Assembly: GCF_000012905.2 (NCBI RefSeq)
Contig: NC_007493.2
Location: forward strand, 2,010,001 to 2,042,000
Length of the DNA: 32,000 nt
Direction: 5' to 3'
Origin: Cereibacter sphaeroides 2.4.1
Lineage (GTDB): Bacteria; Pseudomonadota; Alphaproteobacteria; Rhodobacterales; Rhodobacteraceae
The notes below the pieces were generated by a model, which saw only the letters and a list, made by a program, of their open reading frames with translations, had not been told where the DNA came from and ran no database searches. Within the stretch, counting starts at the first letter, position 1; every line of letters begins with the position of its first letter. Of the stretch, positions 24,705 to 32,000 are shown piece after piece. Made by a program: the position numbers and the translations under genes.

Positions 24705-25016
24705 ATGCACAAGGCGGACGCGGCGAACCCGGCGGACGAACTGGCCGAGGTACGGGCGGCCATCGCCCGGCTCCGGCTGCGCGAGGCACGGCTGTGCGCA
24801 ACCATCCTTGCCGCGCCGGACACCGGCCTCGAAGGCCGCCATTTCCGCGCCGAAGTGGCCGAGCGGCGGTTCCGCCTGTTCGATGCCGCCCGCCTGCCGG
24901 AAACGGTCCTCGCAGACCCCCGCTACTGGAGCGAGAGCGTGACGCAGGAGGTGCGCTGCCTGCCCGCGGCAGCCGCAACGCCACCGCGCCCGAGGCGGCT
25001 GCGGATCGTGCATTGA
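24705..25016 (+). CDS. Hypothetical ~103-aa protein encoded opposite to the ure genes in the ureC-ureE gap
   Basis: The frame opens at GTG 24687, with the first ATG at 24705. By hand count about five in six codons end in G/C while second positions are mixed, which is a coding-like pattern. The competing minus-strand ORF 24613..25107 is Arg/Pro-rich with G/C at position 2, which is an artefact pattern. I recognise no family. Confidence 0.45.
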   Translation: MHKADAANPADELAEVRAAIARLRLREARLCATILAAPDTGLEGRHFRAEVAERRFRLFDAARLPETVLADPRYWSESVTQEVRCLPAAAATPPRPRRLRIVH

Positions 25017-25033
25017 GGCGGGCGTCGGCCACA

Positions 25034-26740
25034 TCAGTACAGGAAATAGCGTTGCGCAAGCGGCAGTTCCGCCAGCGGCTGGCAGGTGAGAAGCTCGCCG
25101 TCGGCACGCACCTCGTAGGTCTCGGGATTGACCTCGATGGAAGGTCGGTGCGCGTTGAGCTTCATGTCGGCCTTTCCGATGTCGCGCGTTCCCTGCACTG
25201 CGAGGGTTCCCTTCTGCAGCCGCAGTCGCTCGCCCACCCCGTCCTCCTCCGCCGCCTGCGAGACGAAGGTGACGGCCGAGGCATGCAGCGCGCCGCCGAA
25301 GGCGCCGAACATCGGGCGGGAATAGTAGGGCTGCGCGGGGATCGAGCCGTTCGGATCGCCCATCTGCGCGCAGACGATCATGCCGCCCAGCAGGACGAGA
25401 TCGGGCTTCGCCCCGAAGAAGGCGGGCTGCCAGAGCACGAGGTCGGCCCGCTTGCCCTCCTCGACCGAGCCGATGTGGCGCGAGAGCCCATGCGCGATGG
25501 CCGGATTGATCGTGTATTTCGCGATGTAGCGCCGGACGCGCTGGTTGTCGTTGGCGCCCGTCTCCTCGGCCAGCCGCCCGCGCTGCACCTTCATCTTGTG
25601 CGCGGTCTGCCAGGTGCGGGTGATGACCTCGCCCACCCGCCCCATCGCCTGACTGTCCGAGGAGATCACCGAGAAGGCACCCATGTCGTGCAGGATATCC
25701 TCGGCGGCGATGGTCTCCTTGCGGATGCGGCTCTCGGCGAAGGCCACATCCTCGGGGATCGAGCGGTCGAGATGGTGGCAGACCATCAGCATGTCGAGAT
25801 GCTCCTCCACCGTATTGGCGGTGTAGGGCATGGTGGGATTGGTCGAGGACGGGATGACGTTCGCGGCGCCCACCACCTTGATGATGTCGGGCGCATGGCC
25901 GCCGCCCGCACCCTCGGTGTGGAACGCATGGATCGTGCGCCCGCCGATGGCGGCCAGCGTGTTCTCGACGAAGCCGCTCTCGTTCAGCGTGTCGGTGTGG
26001 ATCATCACCTGCACATCCATGCGGTCGGCGACCGACAGGCAGCAGTCGATGGCCGCAGGCGTGGTGCCCCAGTCCTCGTGCAGCTTCAGGCACGAGGCGC
26101 CCGCGCGGACCTGCTCCTCGAGCCCGGCGGGCAGGCTGGCATTGCCCTTGCCCGCGAAGGCGAGGTTGATCGGGAAGGCGTCGGCCGCCTGCAGCATCCG
26201 CCCGATGTGCCAGGGCCCCGGCGTGCAGGTGGTGGCGAGCGTGCCATGGGCCGGGCCCGTCCCGCCGCCCAGCATGGTGGTGATGCCGGAATGGAGCGAA
26301 TCCTCGATCTGCTGCGGGCAGATGAAATGGATATGCGCGTCCATGCCGCCCGCGGTCAGGATTCGCCCCTCGCCCGCGATGATCTCGGTGCCGGGCCCGA
26401 TCACGATGTCCACCCCGGGCTGGGTGTCCGGGTTGCCGGCCTTGCCGATCTTCGCGATCCGCCCGTCGCGGAGGCCCACGTCCGCCTTGTAGATCCCGGT
26501 CCAGTCCACGATCAGCGCATTGGTGATGACCGTGTCCATCGCCCCCTCGGCCCGGGTGCGCTGGCTCTGGCCCATACCGTCGCGGATGACCTTGCCGCCG
26601 CCGAACTTCACCTCCTCGCCATAGGTGGTCAGGTCGCGCTCGACCTCGATGACGAGCTCGGTGTCGCCCAGCCGCAGCCGGTCGCCGGTGGTGGGGCCGA
26701 ACATGGACGCATAGGTCGAACGGGAGATGGAAGCAGGCAT
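25034..26740 (-). CDS. ureC: Urease alpha (catalytic) subunit
   Basis: 568 aa. [22 protein letters not shown] (carbamylated Lys region), MVCHHLD. Strong AAGGAGG SD before ATG 26740. Confidence 0.97.
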   Translation of the reverse strand: MPASISRSTYASMFGPTTGDRLRLGDTELVIEVERDLTTYGEEVKFGGGKVIRDGMGQSQRTRAEGAMDTVITNALIVDWTGIYKADVGLRDGRIAKIGKAGNPDTQPGVDIVIGPGTEIIAGEGRILTAGGMDAHIHFICPQQIEDSLHSGITTMLGGGTGPAHGTLATTCTPGPWHIGRMLQAADAFPINLAFAGKGNASLPAGLEEQVRAGASCLKLHEDWGTTPAAIDCCLSVADRMDVQVMIHTDTLNESGFVENTLAAIGGRTIHAFHTEGAGGGHAPDIIKVVGAANVIPSSTNPTMPYTANTVEEHLDMLMVCHHLDRSIPEDVAFAESRIRKETIAAEDILHDMGAFSVISSDSQAMGRVGEVITRTWQTAHKMKVQRGRLAEETGANDNQRVRRYIAKYTINPAIAHGLSRHIGSVEEGKRADLVLWQPAFFGAKPDLVLLGGMIVCAQMGDPNGSIPAQPYYSRPMFGAFGGALHASAVTFVSQAAEEDGVGERLRLQKGTLAVQGTRDIGKADMKLNAHRPSIEVNPETYEVRADGELLTCQPLAELPLAQRYFLY

Positions 26741-26792
26741 GAACCCTCCTTAGCGGTAGCGGGGGTGAGGCGGGCTCGCCCCATGCGGCGAA

Positions 26793-26822
26793 TTGACACA
26801 AGGGCAGGTGCGGCGCGATACA
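26793..26822 (+). promoter_or_regulatory. Candidate sigma70 promoter for the cytochrome c gene: -35 TTGACA (26793-26798), 18-nt spacer, -10 GATACA (26817-26822)
   Basis: Perfect -35 and 3/6 -10, about 80 nt upstream of ATG 26900, in the ureC/cytochrome divergent spacer. Confidence 0.3.
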
Positions 26823-26899
26823 CCCGCGTCCCGGGTGCGCAGCGGCCCATTCTCGCCGCTGCGGGGAGAAACCCGGACATATTTTGAACAAGGGATAGG

Positions 26900-27772
26900 A
26901 TGATGAAGCGGCACGCTCTTGTGCGCGGGATTATTCCCGTTCTTGCCTGTTGCGCCGGTATGGCAACCGCAGGCCCCACGGTCGAGAGGGGCGCCTATCT
27001 GGTGCGCGGTCCCGCGGGCTGCGGCAACTGCCACACGCCGCTCGGGCCCGAGGGGCCGGTCATGGCCCGGGAACTGGCGGGCCGGCTGGTGGACGACAAC
27101 CCGGCCTTCACGGCGGTCGGCCCCAATCTGACCCCCGCCGGCCGGATCGCGGACTGGAGCGACGCAGAGCTTGCCCGCGCGATCCGCGAAGGCCTGCGCC
27201 CCGACGGCAGCCTGATCGGGCCGCCGATGCCCTTTTCCATGTATCGCGGCCTCTCCGACGAGGATCTGGGCTCGATCGTGATGTTCCTGCGGACGCTGGC
27301 GCCGGTCGAGAACGAACTCCCCGGCTCGGTCTACCGCATCCCCCTGCCCCCGGACTACGGGCCGCCGGTCGACCATGTCGAGGCGCCTCCGCGCGGCGTG
27401 ACGGTTGCCTACGGGGCCTATCTCGCGGGCCCGGTCGCACACTGCATGGAGTGCCACACGCCGATGGGCCCGACGGGACCGAAGATCGACACCGACCTCG
27501 GCCGCGGCGGGTTCGAATTCCGCGGCCCATGGGGCACGTCGATTGCGGCGAACCTCACCAGCCATCCCGATGGCCTCGCCGATTACAGCGACGCCGAGAT
27601 TGCCACGATGATCACCAAGGGTGTCCATGCCAACGGCACGGCGATGCTGCCGCCCATGCCCTACGGCTATCTCGCGGGCATGACGGAGGAGGATCTCGCC
27701 GCCGTGATCCTCTATCTGCGGAGCCTGCCGCCCCTGCCCGACGAGGGTGCTGAACAGTCTGCCGCCCAGTGA
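26900..27772 (+). CDS. Secreted dihaem c-type cytochrome, related to the cytochrome c subunits of membrane-bound dehydrogenases
   Basis: 290 aa. Signal peptide with a possible lipobox (IPVLAC). Two haem motifs CGNCH and CMECH, each followed by a PPMP Met-ligand segment and a (S/T)(D/E)EDL...(F/Y)LR(T/S)L(A/P)P segment. Confidence 0.85.
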   Translation: MMKRHALVRGIIPVLACCAGMATAGPTVERGAYLVRGPAGCGNCHTPLGPEGPVMARELAGRLVDDNPAFTAVGPNLTPAGRIADWSDAELARAIREGLRPDGSLIGPPMPFSMYRGLSDEDLGSIVMFLRTLAPVENELPGSVYRIPLPPDYGPPVDHVEAPPRGVTVAYGAYLAGPVAHCMECHTPMGPTGPKIDTDLGRGGFEFRGPWGTSIAANLTSHPDGLADYSDAEIATMITKGVHANGTAMLPPMPYGYLAGMTEEDLAAVILYLRSLPPLPDEGAEQSAAQ

Positions 27773-27827
27773 GGCAGGGCCGTCGCAGGCAGGCCCCTTC
27801 GCGTGGCGGCAGACCGGGCGCGTCACG

Positions 27828-28145
27828 TCAGGCCTTCGGTCGTTTCGCCGCGCGGGTCAGCCGCGCGGCATTCGCGCGGGTCCGGCGCCGGATCGGTTGC
27901 AGCGCGGCCGCGGCCACCTCGTCGGGGCGCTTGCCCTGCATGGCCGCCGCCGTGGCCGCCTGCGCGGCCTGAGCGAAGGCCACGCTCTTCTCGGTCACCA
28001 TCCGCTGGTTCTCGAGCGGATGCGGCGTCAGCACGCCCATCATCCCCAGGGTGCGCAGCGTCATGACCGTCTGCGCCTCCGCGACCATGAGGCCGGTCTG
28101 CCAGTAAAGCGCCATGAGGCTGGTGAAGGGCAAGGCGAGCGGCAT
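27828..28145 (-). CDS. Hypothetical 105-aa Ala-rich protein with a basic C-terminus, placed directly behind ureB
   Basis: AGGAG SD 6 nt before the ATG, 24 nt after the ureB stop. High GC3. From memory the sequence (…LMVAEAQTVMTLRTLGMMG…RMVTEK…RRRTRANAARL) resembles a Rhodobacterales family often auto-annotated as antifreeze protein; this is unverified. Confidence 0.65.
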   Translation of the reverse strand: MPLALPFTSLMALYWQTGLMVAEAQTVMTLRTLGMMGVLTPHPLENQRMVTEKSVAFAQAAQAATAAAMQGKRPDEVAAAALQPIRRRTRANAARLTRAAKRPKA

Positions 28146-28169
28146 GTCTGTCTCCTGTTGTCGAGGCCG

Positions 28170-28475
28170 CTACAGCTTGCCCATGATCCGGCCGTTGAAG
28201 CCATAGACTTCGCGGGAGCCGGCATAGGACACAAGTCTCACTTCGCGAGTCTGACCCGGCTCGAATCGCACGGCGGTTCCGGCGGGAATGTCGAGACGCA
28301 TCCCGCGCGCCGCCTCACGATCGAACTCGAGTGCGGGGTTCGTCTCCGCGAAATGGTAGTGCGAGCCTACCTGCACCGGCCGGTCGCCGGCATTGGAGAC
28401 AACGAGCGTGATCTGCGCCCGTTCCGCGTTCAACAGGATCTCGCCCTCGGCGGGAAAGAGTTCTCCGGGGATCAT
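28170..28475 (-). CDS. ureB: Urease beta subunit
   Basis: 101 aa. MIPGE...[26 protein letters not shown] is canonical UreB. Confidence 0.95.
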   Translation of the reverse strand: MIPGELFPAEGEILLNAERAQITLVVSNAGDRPVQVGSHYHFAETNPALEFDREAARGMRLDIPAGTAVRFEPGQTREVRLVSYAGSREVYGFNGRIMGKL

Positions 28476-28525
28476 GCGGCGGGCTCCTTGGGGGGATGGC
28501 GAAAATGCACTGGCTTTGCAGGTTC

Positions 28526-28828
28526 CTAGCGGATCGGATGATGGACCGTGACGAGCTTTGTTCCGTCGGGGAAGGTCGCCTCGACCTGCACCGAATGGAG
28601 CATCTCGGGCACGCCCTCCATGCAGTTTTCGGCCCGCACCACATGGGCACCCGCCTGCATGAGATCAGCCACCGAGCGGCCCTCGCGGGCGCCCTCGACC
28701 ACGAAGTCCGAGATCAGCGCCACCGCCTCGGGATGGTTCAACTTCACCCCGCGCTCAAGCCGGCCCCGCGCTACGATGGCCGCGAGGCTGATGAGAAGCT
28801 TGTCCTTCTCTCTGGGTGTCAGGTTCAT
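28526..28828 (-). CDS. ureA: Urease gamma subunit
   Basis: 100 aa. [39 protein letters not shown] is canonical UreA. Confidence 0.95.
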
Positions 28829-28839
28829 GTCGCTCCCTC

Positions 28840-29667
28840 TCAGACCTGCCAGACGCGCGGCAGCGCCCGGCCCCGAAGGACCGTCAGCAGCCGCGCGACC
28901 TGCCTGCGCAGCGGCCAGCCGTCGGCGGCCAGCAGTCGCAGCACCAGTTTCCCGTCAAAGGCCGAGGCCGCGGCCTCGACTCCCGCCTCGCCCAGGGCGG
29001 CACGCGCGGGCCCGAGCGCATCCTCGGCGCCGGGACCGACCATGGCCAGAGTGGCCAGCGCGCGGGCCCCGCCCAGCATTGCCGCGCCGCCCGCGGCGGC
29101 CAGCGCCCGGTCGTCGAGGGCCAGCGGCTCGACGACGACCGGCTTGCCGCCGCGCAGGATGCTCCGCCGGTCGCGGAAGGCGAGCCGGCTCAGCGTCTCG
29201 CCCATCGCGGCGCGCCCCAGCACCACCGATTCCACCATGAGGCAGCCCGCCCCCGGCGCAAGCGAGATCTGCGTTTCGCGCTCGAGCGCGGCGCCCTCGA
29301 ACAGGATCGTCTCCTGCGGCAACCAGTCGAGCCAGCCGTCGCGGCCCACCTCATGCAGGACCTCGACCCGCGCGGCGCCCGCCCCCGCGGCATAGGCCCG
29401 CTCGGCCGTCTGGGTCGTCGCTGTCGCGCGGCATCCCTCGCCCACCTCCAGCCGGTAGGAGAGCCGGTCGCCCCCGGTCAGCCCGCCCGACGTATTGAGA
29501 AAGACGACCTCGGGCACGTCCCCCTCCACCCGCGGCAGAAAGGCCTTGGCCGAGCCGCGCTGCGCCAGATCGCGGAGCCGCACCGCACCGCGCGACCGGG
29601 CGAGCGTCACCAGCGCATGGCCGTCGCTGCGCTCGAGCCGCGCGGAAAGAGGGGTCAGGGCGTTCAT
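28840..29667 (-). CDS. ureD: Urease accessory protein UreD
   Basis: 275 aa. [13 protein letters not shown] motif. It is the first gene of the ure block, 11 nt upstream of ureA. Confidence 0.9.
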
Positions 29668-29838
29668 CCTGTGCGCATCGGATCATCCTGCCGCCGCCGC
29701 AGCAATCGGCCCGGCCTGCGTGCGGAAGGGCCGTGGACGGGCACGCCTCCCGCGCGCACGTTTCGAGGGCGCCTCGCTCAAGGATCGGGCAGGGTGAAAA
29801 CTTCCCGCGAGTGCTTTTCTTCCGCGGGCGGCTCGCCC

Positions 29839-30909
29839 ATGATCCGCGCGACATCTGCGAGGAGCCCACCCGTGCCCCAGTCCGCCCTGCCGATCGGCTC
29901 CCTCCTGAGCGCACCGCGCCCAGCCTTTACCGAGACCGAGGCCCAAGGGCTCGCGCGCACCCATTTCGGGCTGGACGGCACGGCCCTGCCCCTCACCTCG
30001 GAGCGCGACCAGAACTTCCGGCTCGCGACGCCCCGAGGGGCGTTCGTGCTGAAGATCGCCAATGCCGCCGAACCGCGCGGCGTGACCGAATGCCAGACGC
30101 TGGCGCTCCTGCATCTGGAGGCGGTGGCGCCGGGACTGCCGGTCCCGCGGGTGATCCGCACGCGGGAGGGCGCTCCCTGGACGGAACTGGCCGGCGGCAA
30201 TCTCCTGCGGCTCCTGACCTGGGTCGAGGGCGAGCCGCTCTGGCGCGCGCGGCGCGGGGCGGCGCAGCGGCGGGCGGTGGGGCTCTGCCTCGGCGGCATC
30301 GCCGCGGCGCTGGCCGATTTCTCGCATCCCTCTGCCGATCACGAACTCCTGTGGGACATCCGTCATGCGGCCCGGCTTCGGGCGCTGCTGCCCGCTATTC
30401 CCGATGCGCGAACGGCGGTGCTGGCCGAGCGGGTGCTGGACCGGTTCGAGACGGCGGTTGCGCCCCGGCTGGCGGATCTGCCCTGGCAGGTCGTTCACAA
30501 CGACATGAACCCGCACAACATCATGGTCGATCCGGCGAATGCCGACCGGGTCGCGGGCGTGATCGACTTCGGCGACCTCGTGCGCACGGCCCGCGTCTGC
30601 GATCTGGCCGTGGCGGGCTCCTATCAGGTGGATCCGGGCGATCCGGCGGGAACGCTCGCCGATCTGGTGGCGGGCTATCACGCGGCGAACCCGCTCCGGC
30701 CGGAAGAGGTGGAGCTGCTGCCCGACCTCGTCGCGGCGCGCATGGTGACGACCATCGCCATCGCCTCGGCGCGCGCGGCCCAGCAGCCGGACAATGCGCC
30801 CTACATCCTGCGCAACCTGCCCGCGTCGGCCGCGGGCCTCGAGGCACTGACGGCGCTTGCGCCCGGCGCGGCGGCGGCGGCGCTCCTGCGCGCGACGGAG
30901 GCCGCGTGA
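29839..30909 (+). CDS. Kinase-fold phosphotransferase (APH/choline-kinase family; hydroxylysine-kinase/AGPHD1-like)
   Basis: 356 aa. Catalytic loop VHNDMNPHNIMV and IDFGD motif. The start could also be the in-frame GTG at 29872. Confidence 0.8.
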   Translation: MIRATSARSPPVPQSALPIGSLLSAPRPAFTETEAQGLARTHFGLDGTALPLTSERDQNFRLATPRGAFVLKIANAAEPRGVTECQTLALLHLEAVAPGLPVPRVIRTREGAPWTELAGGNLLRLLTWVEGEPLWRARRGAAQRRAVGLCLGGIAAALADFSHPSADHELLWDIRHAARLRALLPAIPDARTAVLAERVLDRFETAVAPRLADLPWQVVHNDMNPHNIMVDPANADRVAGVIDFGDLVRTARVCDLAVAGSYQVDPGDPAGTLADLVAGYHAANPLRPEEVELLPDLVAARMVTTIAIASARAAQQPDNAPYILRNLPASAAGLEALTALAPGAAAAALLRATEAA

Positions 30910-30943
30910 GCGCAAGATCCCTGCCCCCACGAGGAGCCCGCCC

Positions 30944-32000
30944 ATGAACCGCGATGCCATGCCGAACGCCTTCCGCCCCGGCGCGGTGGACCTGCCCCCG
31001 CGTGAGGCGGACCTGGTCGCCCGGCGGCAGGCGCTTCTGGGGCCGGCCTACCGGCTCTTTTACGAGCGGCCCCTCCATATCGTGCGCGGCGAGGGCGTCT
31101 GGCTCTACGACGCGGACGGCACCGCCTATCTCGATGCCTACAACAACGTGGCCTCGCTCGGCCATTGCCATCCCCGGGTGGTCGATGCGGTGGCGCGGCA
31201 GGCGGGGCAACTGGCGACCCACACGCGCTATCTGCATGAGGGCGTGCTGGAGCTGGCCGAGCGGCTGCTGGCGACCCTGCCCACCGAGCTCGGGCACGCG
31301 ATGTTCACCTGCACCGGGTCGGAGGCGAACGACCTGGCCCTGCGGCTCGCCTTCGCCGCCACCGGCGGCACGGGTGTGATCGTGACCGAGAACGCCTATC
31401 ACGGGGTGACGATGGGCGTGGCGGCCCTCTCGCCCTCGCTGGGTCCGGGCGTGCCGCTCGGCGTCCATGTCCGCACCGTGCCTGCCCCCGACCAGGACAA
31501 GGGCGCCGATGTGACCTTCGGCGCGGCCGTGGCGGCGGCGGCCGCCGATCTGGCCCGCCACGGCATCCGGCCCGCGGCGCTGATCCTCGACACGGTCTTC
31601 TCCTCCGACGGGGTCTTCACCCACCCGACGGACACGCTCGCCCCGGCGGCGGCGGCGATCCGCGCGGCGGGCGGGCTCTTCATCGCCGACGAGGTGCAGC
31701 CCGGATTCGGCCGCACCGGCGAGGCGATGTGGGGCTTCCTGCGGCACGGGGTGGTGCCGGACATGGTCTCGATGGGCAAGCCCATGGGCAATGGCTATCC
31801 GGTGGCGGCCCTCGCCCTCCGCCCGGAGCTGGCCGAGCGGTTCGGGGCCGGGGCGCGCTACTTCAACACCTTCGGCGGCAATGCCGTGGCGGCGGCTGCG
31901 GCGCTCGCGGTGCTCGACACGCTGGAGGCGGAAGGGCTGCAGGCCCACGCCCTGAATGTGGGCGGGCAGTTCCGGGCGGATCTGAGCGCCCTGTCCGCCC
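30944..32000 (+). CDS. Class-III PLP-dependent aminotransferase-fold enzyme, AGXT2L-type (possible phospho-lyase); 3' end lies outside the window
   Basis: ATG 30944 preceded by GAGGAG. The frame is open to the window edge and is absent from the ORF track for that reason. TGSEANDLALR, ADEVQPGFGRTGE and SMGKPMGNGYP (PLP-Lys) motifs are present. Confidence 0.85.
   Translation, partial: MNRDAMPNAFRPGAVDLPPREADLVARRQALLGPAYRLFYERPLHIVRGEGVWLYDADGTAYLDAYNNVASLGHCHPRVVDAVARQAGQLATHTRYLHEGVLELAERLLATLPTELGHAMFTCTGSEANDLALRLAFAATGGTGVIVTENAYHGVTMGVAALSPSLGPGVPLGVHVRTVPAPDQDKGADVTFGAAVAAAAADLARHGIRPAALILDTVFSSDGVFTHPTDTLAPAAAAIRAAGGLFIADEVQPGFGRTGEAMWGFLRHGVVPDMVSMGKPMGNGYPVAALALRPELAERFGAGARYFNTFGGNAVAAAAALAVLDTLEAEGLQAHALNVGGQFRADLSALSA

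Noticed and set aside
24613-25107. 164-aa minus-strand ORF in the ureC-ureE gap (same orientation as the ure genes)
   Set aside because: It starts inside ureC. Its composition is Arg/Pro/Gly-rich, and its codon position 2 coincides with the high-GC third position of the plus-strand ORF. The plus-strand frame is the better coding candidate.

Overview
High-GC alphaproteobacterial chromosome. The PuhA (reaction-centre H) and cytochrome c2 sequences match what I remember for Cereibacter (Rhodobacter) sphaeroides or a very close relative. All identifications come from motifs, synteny and memory of protein families; no searches were run.

Plus strand, 1-15.9 kb: this is the puhA-side end of the photosynthesis gene cluster.
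- A divergent minus-strand gene stub sits at the left edge (probably ppaA/aerR).
- Two PpsR/CrtJ palindromes (TGT-N12-ACA) and a near-consensus sigma70 promoter follow.
- Then come bchF-N-B-H-L-M, lhaA, puhA, puhB, puhC, the small cyclase subunit bciE, acsF, puhE, and cycA with a clean intrinsic terminator.

Minus strand, 16.2-29.7 kb: a convergent, co-oriented urea-scavenging block. In transcription order it reads ureD-ureA-ureB-(105-aa orf) | ureC | ureE-ureF-ureG, then urtA-B-C-D-E.

Plus strand, 29.8-32.0 kb: diverging from ureD are a kinase-fold phosphotransferase gene and a class-III PLP enzyme gene that runs off the right edge.

I recognised no rRNA, tRNA, CRISPR array, transposase or integrase. 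Most long ORFs in the track are antisense or off-frame artefacts of the high GC content.

The least explained parts are:
1. The urease cluster is broken twice by opposite-strand genes: a dihaem cytochrome c between ureB and ureC, and a coding-looking ~105-codon ORF between ureC and ureE. An extra small protein is also coupled behind ureB.
2. A 366-bp spacer between urtB and urtC is strongly strand-asymmetric (G-rich on +, so C-rich in the mRNA).
3. A 49-codon ORF preceded by a Shine-Dalgarno (SD) sequence is bracketed exactly by the two PpsR boxes upstream of bchF.

I see no clear-cut novel multi-gene system and do not claim one. Hand-located motif coordinates may be off by 1-2 nt.
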